Shown here: positions 27,503 through 36,946 of the stretch, piece by piece
Layout of the letters: every line of letters begins with the position of its first letter
Numbering within the stretch: position 1 is the stretch's first letter
From: Alphaproteobacteria bacterium
Lineage (GTDB): Bacteria > Pseudomonadota > Alphaproteobacteria > GCA-2731375
NCBI GenBank assembly: GCA_030747035.1
Contig: JASLLM010000002.1
Span: forward strand, 1-61,387
Direction: 5' to 3'
Length of the DNA stretch: 61,387 nt
The notes under the pieces: generated by a model
The model's input: the letters and a program-made list of their open reading frames with translations, nothing else
Databases searched by the model: none
What the model was told of the DNA's origin: nothing
Made by a program: the position numbers and the translations under genes

Positions 27503-28396
27503 TCAGCCTTGCGGGCGCGCACGGGCCCGGCGTGCCAGGATAAACAGGCCCACGCCTACAAAGGCGGTGCCGGCAGCCAGGTCCCAGGTCAGGGCATCGC
27601 CTAGCAGCAGGGCACTTAACAGCACGCCGGACAATGGTGATACGAAGCCGAAGCTGACCATCACCGAAGGGCTGTAACGCTTGATCAGCCAGGTATTCAC
27701 CATGAAAGCAAGCCCGGCGATGACGATCCCCTGATAGGCCAGGGCCGCAACCGGCAGCCAGCCAACCTCTCCCCAGCTAATTTCCTCCCACATTGCCGCG
27801 CCCGCGGCAAACACCCCCAATGACAACAGCATTTGCCAAAGAACCACGCGCGTTGCATCCATATTGCTGACCAGCCGCGCGGTAAAAATCATCCGCCCAC
27901 CCAGCAACACGGTACTCGCCAAGATTATCAGGTCACCGAGATCCGCTTTGGACAACTCCTTTGGTATCCGGCCGCCGGTCAGCACCAACCCAACACCGAA
28001 AAAGGCAATCAAGAGACCAGCCACCTTGCCTGCGGTCAGACGGTCTCCGGCGATCATAAAATGCGCAAAAAGGCCCGCGAAGAGTGGATAACTCGCGGTC
28101 ATGACGGCGGCCGAAGCGCCGCTGGTCAGGTTGATGCCGAGATTCATCATGGCGATCTGGGTCGTAAATAGCAGTGCCAGGACAAACAACCCGGGCCACT
28201 CCCGCCCATCCGGCCAGATGCGAATACGATTGAAGCGGGCCCAGATCATTATGCACAGCGCGCCGATGGCGAAGCGCAGAAAGGCGCTCCATAACGGCGG
28301 GAAGGCAACCAATCCCATTTTCACCGCGACCGGATTGCCGCCCCAGAGAATGTGAATAAGCAGCGCCAAGGCCACCGCCAGCAGCGGAATTTGCAT
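27503..28396 (-). CDS. EamA/DMT family transporter
   Basis: ILWGGN, PPLWSAFLRF, about 10 TM segments. Confidence 0.88.
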   Translation of the reverse strand: MQIPLLAVALALLIHILWGGNPVAVKMGLVAFPPLWSAFLRFAIGALCIMIWARFNRIRIWPDGREWPGLFVLALLFTTQIAMMNLGINLTSGASAAVMTASYPLFAGLFAHFMIAGDRLTAGKVAGLLIAFFGVGLVLTGGRIPKELSKADLGDLIILASTVLLGGRMIFTARLVSNMDATRVVLWQMLLSLGVFAAGAAMWEEISWGEVGWLPVAALAYQGIVIAGLAFMVNTWLIKRYSPSVMVSFGFVSPLSGVLLSALLLGDALTWDLAAGTAFVGVGLFILARRARARPQG

Positions 28397-28550
28397 CGCA
28401 ATATTTTCCTGGCGAAAAGTAGGAATATTGGATCGCCACGGGGAGGTGACGCAAGGCACAGTAAAAGTGGAAATTCTATGCGATGTATACTGATATTTTT
28501 TGCTAATTTCGTCCCTACGGCATCGACTCACGGCTGGGGAGCAGCTTCGG

Positions 28551-30674
28551 ATGAGTACCATTGAAAGTGATCGGGGCAAGGCAATGGGCAAAGTCAACCA
28601 CCGTGTCGCCGTTGCCGGAGGTCTATTGTTGCTATGCGCCTTGTTGGGTCTGGTGGCCGTCCATCGTTTCGTTGCGGCGGAAGGCGAACGGGAGATGCAA
28701 CAATGGCAGGTTCGCCTTGGCATTGTCGCCGCCAGTCGGGCCCAGGCGGTGCGCGAATGGAAGGACGGGCAATTCGCGGCGCTTTCCGGTTTGGCCGATA
28801 ATCTGTCACTGCAACTCTACCTGACCGAACTGTCTCTTTCTGGCGGGCAATCCTCGGCGGTCACGGACCAATCGGCGCAAGCGGAATATCTTTCCAACTT
28901 GTTGATTGTGACGGCGGAGCAATCCGGCTTCAGCGAACCGGCGCAGGGCGCCGGTGTGCAGGCCAATGTGAAGCGGGTCGGCGTGGCGGGCCTGGCCCTG
29001 TTAAACCGGGACGGCGAAATTCTGGTGGCCACCCCCGGCATGCCGGTCCTTGATAGCCGCCTGCATGATTTCGTGCGCGGGTCCAAGCTGGGTTCGCGCG
29101 GCATCCTCGACCTCTATGCCGGGCCCTCGGGGCAGCCGACAATCGCATTCCTGCAGCCAATATTCGCCTTGCAGGGCGAAAATCTGCCCGCCGATCAGGT
29201 CGGCGCCATTCTTGCTGTCCGTATGGTTGCCGACGATCTGTTCCAGCGCCTGGAGCAGCCGGGCGAAATCCTGAAGAGCGGACAGACCTATCTGGTACGG
29301 AAAAGCAGCGCCACGGTGGAATATCTCTCTCCTTTGCAGGACGGCACCCCGCCACTGAAACGAACGCTGGCGCTCGATACCGGCCAGTTGGCAGCGGCCG
29401 GCTTGCTTGAGCGGACCGGCGGTTTCGGCGTTTTCTCCAACTATCAAGGTGCAGAAGTCCTGGCCACCAGCCGCGGCATCCAGGGTCTGCCCTGGGTCTT
29501 GATCCGAAGTGTCGACCGAACCGAGGCACTGGCCGCCTCCGACCGCCGGCAGTCGACACTGTTGATCGGCTTGTGGCTGGTAATCGCCGTGGTAACGGCG
29601 ACAATCATCGCGGTTTGGCGTCATGGTTCGTCCATGAGGGTGGCGGCGGCGGCGGAAAACCTGGAGAAATCGAACACGCAGCTGCAAACCGTCAGCAATT
29701 TCCTGCGCGTCGTCACGGACAGCCAGCCGACAGCATTTGCAGCCGTTGATGGACAGGGCCAGATCATGTTTGCCAACTCCAAAGCCGGTGAGGAAGCCGG
29801 CATGCTTGCAAGTGACCTTGTCGGCAAAACCTTGCTGGGAGCGATGGGCGCAGACAGGACGGAGCAATTGGAGCGGGCCAACAAACAAGTCGTGGAAAAA
29901 GGCCAGCCGATGACCGAATGGCGGGTGGAAAATCGCGCCGAAGGCCGGCGCGTGGTGAAATCCGACCATATTCCGCTGAAATCGAAGGGTCAGGATGTCT
30001 CCGGCGTATTGATGATTTTGGAGGACATTACCGATCTGGTTGACGAGCGCGAACGCCGCGCCCGAATTCTACGGGAACTGGTGCAAACCTGTGTCGCCGT
30101 GGTTGATCGCCGCGATCCTTTCTCGGCCCATCATTCCGCGCGCGTCGCGGAGGTCGCCTCCGCCATCGCCCACGCCATGCATATGGACGAGGCCGGTGTC
30201 GAAACCTGTGACATCGCCGGCGCATTGATGAACTTGGGTAAAGTCGCGGTGCCACAGGAGGTTCTAACCAAATCCAGCAAACTGACCGATGCGGAACTGG
30301 CCATGGTCCGAGAGTCGGTCCTCACCAGCGCCGATTTGATCCAAGGCGTGGAATTCGACGGCCCGGTCGCGGAAACCATTCGGCAGATCCAGGAACATTG
30401 GGACGGCAGCGGCCAACCCGCCGGCCTGGCGGCCGAGGAAATTCTCCTTACCGCCCGGGTCGTGGCTGTCGCCAATGCCTTCGTCGGTATGGTCAGCGCC
30501 CGCGCCTACCGGCCAGGCATGACTTTCGACGATGCGGCCAAGGCCCTGATGTCGGGCACCGGCACGGCGTTCGATACCCGCCCGGTATCCTCGCTCTTGA
30601 ACTATCTGGATATCGAAGGCGGCCGGGAACGCTGGGCGCATTTCGGCTATCCGCCGGAATCCGAACAACACTAG
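28551..30674 (+). CDS. Membrane sensor: TM-Cache-like-TM-PAS plus degenerate HD-GYP domain
   Basis: RDPFSAHHSARVA, LMNLGK, QIQEHWDGSGQP, ARVVAVANAF, RAYRPG. The HD-GYP scaffold is present with its metal ligands substituted. Confidence 0.82.
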   Translation: MSTIESDRGKAMGKVNHRVAVAGGLLLLCALLGLVAVHRFVAAEGEREMQQWQVRLGIVAASRAQAVREWKDGQFAALSGLADNLSLQLYLTELSLSGGQSSAVTDQSAQAEYLSNLLIVTAEQSGFSEPAQGAGVQANVKRVGVAGLALLNRDGEILVATPGMPVLDSRLHDFVRGSKLGSRGILDLYAGPSGQPTIAFLQPIFALQGENLPADQVGAILAVRMVADDLFQRLEQPGEILKSGQTYLVRKSSATVEYLSPLQDGTPPLKRTLALDTGQLAAAGLLERTGGFGVFSNYQGAEVLATSRGIQGLPWVLIRSVDRTEALAASDRRQSTLLIGLWLVIAVVTATIIAVWRHGSSMRVAAAAENLEKSNTQLQTVSNFLRVVTDSQPTAFAAVDGQGQIMFANSKAGEEAGMLASDLVGKTLLGAMGADRTEQLERANKQVVEKGQPMTEWRVENRAEGRRVVKSDHIPLKSKGQDVSGVLMILEDITDLVDERERRARILRELVQTCVAVVDRRDPFSAHHSARVAEVASAIAHAMHMDEAGVETCDIAGALMNLGKVAVPQEVLTKSSKLTDAELAMVRESVLTSADLIQGVEFDGPVAETIRQIQEHWDGSGQPAGLAAEEILLTARVVAVANAFVGMVSARAYRPGMTFDDAAKALMSGTGTAFDTRPVSSLLNYLDIEGGRERWAHFGYPPESEQH

Positions 30675-30697
30675 ATTGATCGGCACGCAATGGTCCA

Positions 30698-30725
30698 TTG
30701 ACACTTGGGCGATTGCATAGATAAT
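30698..30725 (+). promoter_or_regulatory. Candidate sigma70 promoter for argD
   Basis: TTGACA-N16-GATAAT. Confidence 0.5.
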
Positions 30726-30783
30726 CCGGCCCCTTTCCCAGGCGGCAAGAACCGCCACCAATATTATGCAGGAGGGCACTGCC

Positions 30784-31956
30784 ATGACCGCAGCAGTCAT
30801 GCCGACCTATGGCAGAATTGATATCGCGTTTGAACGGGGCGAAGGCGCCTATATGTACGACACCAAGGGGGGCAGGTATCTGGACTTTGCCACCGGTCTT
30901 GCGGTGCTGTGCCTGGGTCACAGCCACCCCCATCTGGTGGCCGAAATCCAGAAGCAGGCCGCCACCTTGATGCATACTTCGAACCTGTACAATATTCCGG
31001 GGCAAGAGCGCCTGGCGGAACGTCTGGTCGCCAACAGCTTTGCCGACACGGTCTTTTTCTGCAATTCCGGGGCCGAGGCCAACGAATGCGCCATCAAGCT
31101 GGCCCGCCGTTACCATCACACCAACGGCAATCCAGAGCGTTACCGCATCATTACTTTCGATGACTGTTTTCATGGCCGGACCCTTGCCACCATAGCGGCG
31201 ACCGGCACGGAGAAGATTCTCGATGGCTTTGGCCCCAAGGTCGATGGCTTCGATCATGTTGCGGTCGGCGATTTCGACGGGCTGCAGGCCGCGATTGGCC
31301 CTGAGACCGCCGCCATCATGATTGAACCCGTCCAGGCCGAAGGCGGAGTAATGGTGGTCGAGGACGCCGTGATGCAGAAATTGCGGCAGGTATGCGACGA
31401 CAATGGTTTGTTGTTGATTGTCGATGAAGTCCAGACCGGCATGGGCCGAACCGGCCGACTGCTGGCCCATGAATGGTCCGGCATCAACGCCGATGTCGTG
31501 ACCTTGGGCAAGGGCATCGGCGGCGGTTTCCCCATTGGCGCCTGCATGGCAACAGCCGAAGCCGCCAAGGGCATGGTGGCGGGCACTCATGGCTCCACCT
31601 ATGGCGGCAATCCGCTGGCTGCCGCCGCGGGCAACGCAGTCTTGGATGTGATCCTCGCCGACGGTTTCATGGAGAATGTCGAGCGCCTGGGCGATCTGCT
31701 GCGCACGCGGCTGGAGGAGGTTTGCCGGCGCAATGACGCGGTGATCGAGGACGTACGCGGCCGTGGCCTGTTGCTGGGCATCAAGGCGAAAGTCCCCAAC
31801 ATGGACCTGGTGACAGCCATGCGGGGCAAGGGTGTCCTGGTGCCGCCGGCTGGTGACAATGTGATGCGCATGCTGCCGCCGCTGAATATCGAGGAGAGTC
31901 ACATCGACGAGGCCATCGCGGCACTGGAAGATGTATGCCGGGATCTGGGACAGTGA
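30784..31956 (+). CDS. argD: Acetylornithine aminotransferase
   Basis: [35 protein letters not shown]; precedes argF. Confidence 0.93.
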   Translation: MTAAVMPTYGRIDIAFERGEGAYMYDTKGGRYLDFATGLAVLCLGHSHPHLVAEIQKQAATLMHTSNLYNIPGQERLAERLVANSFADTVFFCNSGAEANECAIKLARRYHHTNGNPERYRIITFDDCFHGRTLATIAATGTEKILDGFGPKVDGFDHVAVGDFDGLQAAIGPETAAIMIEPVQAEGGVMVVEDAVMQKLRQVCDDNGLLLIVDEVQTGMGRTGRLLAHEWSGINADVVTLGKGIGGGFPIGACMATAEAAKGMVAGTHGSTYGGNPLAAAAGNAVLDVILADGFMENVERLGDLLRTRLEEVCRRNDAVIEDVRGRGLLLGIKAKVPNMDLVTAMRGKGVLVPPAGDNVMRMLPPLNIEESHIDEAIAALEDVCRDLGQ

Positions 31957-32897
31957 ACCAGGCGAAAAACCAACCGCGTCATTTTCTGGACATTGACCAG
32001 ATTGACGCCGGCGAACTGCGCGGCATTCTCGATAGCGCCAAGGCGCGCAAAGAGGCCCGGGCCGGCCAGCCACGGGGTAATACCGACGGTGATCTGCCAT
32101 TGACGGGCAAGGTACTGGCGATGATTTTTATCCAGCCATCAACCCGCACCCGGGTGTCATTCGATATCGGCATGCGGCAATTGGGCGGTGAGACCATCGT
32201 GCTCAACTCCGACGATCTGCAGTTGGACCGCGGCGAAACCATGGCCGATACAGCGCGGGTTCTATCTCGCTATGTGGACGCAATCATGCTGCGGACCAAG
32301 GGCCACGACATGCTGGAGGAACTGGTGGCCCATGCGACTGTACCTGTGATCAACGGACTAACGGACGCATCCCATCCCTGTCAGCTGATGGCGGACGTGA
32401 TGACCCTGGAGGAACATCGGGGGGATGTGAACAACCAGGTTATCGCCTGGTCCGGCGGCGGCAACAATGTCGCGACATCCTGGATACATGGAGCCGCGCA
32501 ATTTGGTTATGAACTGCGCCTGGCATGCCCGGAACCGTTGAGCCCATCGGCAAGCGCGGTACGCTGGGCCAGGGACAACGGCGCCAACATCACAGTAACG
32601 GAATCCGCCCAAGACGCGGTATCCGGCGCAGACTGCATCGTCTCGGATGCCTGGGTTTCCATGCATGATGATGATGAAGCGGCGGGCAACCGTCATAATA
32701 TACTGGTGCCCTATCAAGTGAATGAGGAGTTGATGGCGCAGGCAAAAAGCGATGCGGTTTTCATGCATTGCCTGCCCGTGCACCGCGGCGAGGAAGTAAC
32801 AGCGGAAGTCATCGACGGCCCGCGTTCGCTGGCTTGGGACGAGGCGGAAAACCGGCTGCACGCGCAAAAAGGCATTCTGACCTGGTGCCTGGGATAG
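31953..32897 (+). CDS. argF: Ornithine carbamoyltransferase
   Basis: STRTR, HPCQ, HCLP, EAENRLH; GTGA overlap with argD. Confidence 0.93.
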   Translation: MNQAKNQPRHFLDIDQIDAGELRGILDSAKARKEARAGQPRGNTDGDLPLTGKVLAMIFIQPSTRTRVSFDIGMRQLGGETIVLNSDDLQLDRGETMADTARVLSRYVDAIMLRTKGHDMLEELVAHATVPVINGLTDASHPCQLMADVMTLEEHRGDVNNQVIAWSGGGNNVATSWIHGAAQFGYELRLACPEPLSPSASAVRWARDNGANITVTESAQDAVSGADCIVSDAWVSMHDDDEAAGNRHNILVPYQVNEELMAQAKSDAVFMHCLPVHRGEEVTAEVIDGPRSLAWDEAENRLHAQKGILTWCLG

Positions 32898-32901
32898 ACC
32901 A

Positions 32902-33840
32902 TTGACCGCCCCACCGGACGACCTGATCCGCCCCTTTCAAATTGAAGGTATGGGTGTGCGTGGCCGGCTGGTTCGGCTGGGGCCTACCCTAGACGAGATT
33001 TTGGGGCGCCACGACTATCCCGACCTCGTCTCCCATCTCCTGGGTGAGGCGGTGGCCCTATCGTGTGCCCTTGCGGGTGCCCTGAAGTTCGATGGTGTTT
33101 TCACATTGCAGACCAAGGGCGACGGCCCCGTCACCACTCTGGTCGCCGACTTCAAATCGCCCGGTGACCTGCGCGGCTATGCCCAGTTCGATGCGGACGC
33201 GGTCGGCAGCATCGATAGCAGCTCGAACCCATCGATACCGCGTCTGCAAGGTGCCGGCCATATTGCCTTCACCGTGGATCAGGGCGCCGACACGGAGCGC
33301 TACCAGGGTATTGTAGCGTTGGAAGGTCAGACTCTGGCCGATTGCGCGCACAATTATTTCCGCGAATCCGAGCAAATCGAAACGGCGATCGTCCTGGCTT
33401 GCGACAAGGCTGGCGCGGAGGCTCCCTGGCGCGGCGGTGCAATCATGCTGCAACGTCTGCCCGAAGGTGATCCGAGCCTATTGGCCCGTGGGGTCGAGGT
33501 CGAGCGGGACGAAGTATCGGAGGACGATTGGCGCCGCGTGGTGACCATGCTGGCCAGTACCCGGGACAGCGAGTTGACGGATCCAGGCTTGGCCGGGGAC
33601 GAACTTCTATACCGGCTGTTTCATGAGGACGGCGTGCGCATATTCGAGCCAACGGCGTTGCAGCCCGGCTGCCGCTGTTCCACCGGGCGGGCTGAAAGAA
33701 TACTGCGGCAATTGCCCGATACTGAATTGCCAGAGCTGGCGGTCGATAATCAATTGATCGTGACCTGTGAATTTTGCAATGCTTCCTACACCTTCCCCCT
33801 GGAACAATTCATGGCATCCAGCCAAGGCTTCGAGAGATGA
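32902..33840 (+). CDS. hslO: Hsp33 redox chaperone
   Basis: YQGIV, YFRESEQI, CRCS...CEFC zinc site. Confidence 0.95.
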   Translation: MTAPPDDLIRPFQIEGMGVRGRLVRLGPTLDEILGRHDYPDLVSHLLGEAVALSCALAGALKFDGVFTLQTKGDGPVTTLVADFKSPGDLRGYAQFDADAVGSIDSSSNPSIPRLQGAGHIAFTVDQGADTERYQGIVALEGQTLADCAHNYFRESEQIETAIVLACDKAGAEAPWRGGAIMLQRLPEGDPSLLARGVEVERDEVSEDDWRRVVTMLASTRDSELTDPGLAGDELLYRLFHEDGVRIFEPTALQPGCRCSTGRAERILRQLPDTELPELAVDNQLIVTCEFCNASYTFPLEQFMASSQGFER

Positions 33841-34436
33841 AAATTCCAACTGCTCCATTCCTGCTGCCCGCCCTGTGTCTTTGCCTTCTGCTGACCGCCT
33901 GCGAAAGCCCCCTGCAGGAGGTCAAATACCCGGAGCTGCGCTTCAACCACCTGCCAGTGATAGAGTTGAACGTGGCGCGTATCGATATCGTCGAGCAATA
34001 TCGTTCGCCGCTGCGGCCGCCCAACGTGGAACACGAACTGCCTCTGGCTCCCGCCAAGGCCATGCGGAATTGGGCCAATGACCGTCTGCGCGCCGTGGGC
34101 AGCAGCGGCCGGGCGGTATTCGTCATTGCCGATGCCTCCGTCAAGGCGCAGCCGCTACAGAAGAAAAAGGGCCTGAAGGCCATGTTCACCCTGGATCAGG
34201 CCGCCCGTTATAATGCCCGGCTGGAAGCCCGGCTGGAGGTCGAAACAGCCGCAGGACTGGGCAAGGGTTTCGCGGCGGCGGCGGCGACCCGGCAGCGCAC
34301 CATGCCCGAAGCGGTCAGCATGAACGACCGCGACGATGCGCTCTATCGTTTCGTCGAAGAGGCCACCAAGGATTTCGACCGTGTCATGGTAGCCAATATT
34401 GACCGCCATCTGGCACCGTTCAAAGCCTCGCGGTGA
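33837..34436 (+). CDS. Hypothetical lipoprotein
   Basis: Lipobox LLTAC; ATGA overlap with hslO. Confidence 0.75.
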   Translation: MKIPTAPFLLPALCLCLLLTACESPLQEVKYPELRFNHLPVIELNVARIDIVEQYRSPLRPPNVEHELPLAPAKAMRNWANDRLRAVGSSGRAVFVIADASVKAQPLQKKKGLKAMFTLDQAARYNARLEARLEVETAAGLGKGFAAAAATRQRTMPEAVSMNDRDDALYRFVEEATKDFDRVMVANIDRHLAPFKASR

Positions 34437-34440
34437 GCAA

Positions 34441-35598
34441 CTAGGCTAGGCGCGCAATCAATTTGCGCATGAAGTCGGTACACGCCTCGACCTGAGATAT
34501 CTCGATATATTCGTCCGGTCGATGGGCCACGGAAATACTGCCCGGCCCGCAGATGACCGAAGCAATGCCACCCTTCTGGAAAATGCCGGCCTCGGTGCCA
34601 TAGGAAACGGCATAGGTCTGGTTACTGCCGGTCAACGCCAGCACCAGAGTTTCCGCCGGCGAACCATCCTCGGGCACCAGCGGGATAATTTCGCCGCGCA
34701 CATCGATCCGAATATCTGATTCAGGGTGCACCGCGCGCATTTTCGGCAAGACTGTTGTCTGGGCAAAGTCTTCGAAAGCACCGATGACCGCACCACCATC
34801 AACGCCCGGCAGTGCCCGGTATTCCCACCAAAATGTGGTTTCCTTGGGAATGATATTACCGGCGGTTCCCCCCGTTATGGTTCCCACCTGGACCGTTGTA
34901 TAGGGCGGATCGAAGCGTTCATTGACGTTGGACGTTTTGAACTCCTCGGCCAGATTGGCCAGATATTGGATCAACTCGGCGGCGGCGAATATGGAATTGA
35001 CGCCTTTGTGCGTCTCCGATGAATGGCCTTCCAGGCCGGTCACCGTGGTTCGAATGGCGCAGCATCCCTTGTGCGCGTTGACCACCTTCATTTCCGTTGG
35101 TTCACCGACGATCAGCGCCTGCGGCCGGCAGGGCAGCCCCTGAATATGGCGGGATAGGTCCGGCGCACCGAGGCAACCGACTTCCTCGTCATAGGAAAGC
35201 GCGAAATGAATGGGCAGGGCGAGGCCGCGTTCCAGCATCGCCGGCACCAAGGCCAGCGCTATGGCACAGAAACTCTTCATATCCGCGGTACCACGGCCAT
35301 AGAGACGGCCATCACGCTCATCCACTTGAAATGGATCGGACGACCAGTCCTGGCCATCGACCGGAACCACGTCCGTATGGCCAGAAAGCACCACGCCGCC
35401 ATCGATCATCGGCCCGACCGTCGCGAACAAATTGGCCTTGGCACCGCTCTTGTCATGAATCAGGGTCGATTCCACACCGTATTCCGCCAAATAATCACGC
35501 ACGAAATGCATCAGTTCCAAATTGGATTCCCGGCTTGTGGTATCAAAAGCGACCAGACGCTCGATCATCTGACGCGACGTAAAGACTTGTTTGGACAT
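34441..35598 (-). CDS. argE: Acetylornithine deacetylase (M20 family)
   Basis: SGHTDVV, GRGTADMK, YDEEVG, GEPT, AHRPDE. Confidence 0.9.
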   Translation of the reverse strand: MSKQVFTSRQMIERLVAFDTTSRESNLELMHFVRDYLAEYGVESTLIHDKSGAKANLFATVGPMIDGGVVLSGHTDVVPVDGQDWSSDPFQVDERDGRLYGRGTADMKSFCAIALALVPAMLERGLALPIHFALSYDEEVGCLGAPDLSRHIQGLPCRPQALIVGEPTEMKVVNAHKGCCAIRTTVTGLEGHSSETHKGVNSIFAAAELIQYLANLAEEFKTSNVNERFDPPYTTVQVGTITGGTAGNIIPKETTFWWEYRALPGVDGGAVIGAFEDFAQTTVLPKMRAVHPESDIRIDVRGEIIPLVPEDGSPAETLVLALTGSNQTYAVSYGTEAGIFQKGGIASVICGPGSISVAHRPDEYIEISQVEACTDFMRKLIARLA

Positions 35599-35704
35599 GG
35601 ACGGATCCCCAATACATCGTTGGGCTTAGGATAGCGGTCGACCGCGCGACGGTCCACTAATCGGAGCGCTTGATCATACCGGCGGGACTGCGTAGTTTCC
35701 CGCC

Positions 35705-36946
35705 ATGTCTTGGCAAGTACGAAAAGCGGTAGTACCCGGTATTGTGGTTCTGGCGGCGCTGGCGGGTGCGGTGTATCTGCTGCGCACCAAACCCGTTGTC
35801 GCACCGATGGACAAGGTCGAGCAACCTTGGCTGGTCACCGCGGCCAAGGTCGGCTTGGGTGATATTCAGCCCCGGCTTCAGCTTTACGGAGAGATTGTCG
35901 CCGGGCGCGAGGTTGAGCTGCGAGCCCTGGTGGCTGGCGAGGTCGTGGCCGTTGCCGATAAATTCGTCGATGGCGGCAGCCTGCGCCAGGGTGACATGAT
36001 CGTCGCCATCGATGATTTCGACTATCGCGCCAGATACGATGAACTTTTAGCCCAGGTGCGGGAAGCCACCGCCCGGCTGGAGGAAATCAAGGCTCGCAAG
36101 AAATCCTATGCGGCCGCTTTGCGGCGAGACCTGGAAATGGTGAAGCTGCACGAACGCGATGTGGAACGCATGCGGGCGCTTTCCGGCCGGGGTACGGTTT
36201 CCGACAAGAAGATGGACGACGCCCACATGGCATTGACCCAACAACAAAAAACCGCGGAAATGCGGCAAAGCGATCTGGCGGCGGAAGCAGCGCATATCAG
36301 ACAGCAGGAAGCCGTCATCAACCGCCTCAACGTAGGCCTGCGCCGCGCCAAGCGCGATTTGCAGCGGGTTCGCTTGACCGCCCCTTTCGATGGATTCCTG
36401 GCCGACGTACAGGCCCAGGTAGGCAAACGGCTAAGCGCGAATGACCGCGTGGCCCGGTTGATCGATGCCGGGCGGCTGGAAGCACGGGTAACCCTGTCCG
36501 ACCGTCAGTATGGCCGTTTGGTATCCGACGGCGCGCTGACCGGGCGGCCGGTAAAGATCACCTGGCAGGTAGGCGGACACGGCTTCACCTATGCCGGCCG
36601 TCTGGACCGTATCGGCGCCCGCATTGATAGTGCCAGCGGCGGTGTACAGGTTTTCATTCGTCTCGCGGGTGTTGATCTGTCGAAACCTTTGCGGCCCGGC
36701 GCCTTCGTCACCGTCACCATGCCCGACCGAACATTTCGCGGCGTCGCGCAACTACCCGAAAGCGCCCTCTATGACAGCAACACGGTTTACGTGGTTCAAG
36801 GTGAGCGCTTGGAAAAACGCGCGGTTGAACTGGTGGCGCGGGTTGGCAATGACGTCCTGCTGCGCGGCGAAATCCAGAATGGCGAGCAGGTCATAACGAC
36901 CCGGTTCGCGGAAATCGGGCCAGGGCAAAAGGTGGAAATCCGCTAG
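35705..36946 (+). CDS. RND periplasmic adaptor (membrane fusion protein)
   Basis: N-terminal anchor, long coiled hairpin, TAPFDG, LRPGAFV. Confidence 0.92.
   Translation: MSWQVRKAVVPGIVVLAALAGAVYLLRTKPVVAPMDKVEQPWLVTAAKVGLGDIQPRLQLYGEIVAGREVELRALVAGEVVAVADKFVDGGSLRQGDMIVAIDDFDYRARYDELLAQVREATARLEEIKARKKSYAAALRRDLEMVKLHERDVERMRALSGRGTVSDKKMDDAHMALTQQQKTAEMRQSDLAAEAAHIRQQEAVINRLNVGLRRAKRDLQRVRLTAPFDGFLADVQAQVGKRLSANDRVARLIDAGRLEARVTLSDRQYGRLVSDGALTGRPVKITWQVGGHGFTYAGRLDRIGARIDSASGGVQVFIRLAGVDLSKPLRPGAFVTVTMPDRTFRGVAQLPESALYDSNTVYVVQGERLEKRAVELVARVGNDVLLRGEIQNGEQVITTRFAEIGPGQKVEIR

Noticed and set aside
30493-32100. 535-aa antisense ORF (likewise 43378..44445, 25417..26415, 29001..29969, 46477..47289)
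   Set aside because: Shadow frames opposite well-supported genes, expected in GC-rich DNA, with no recognisable motifs.
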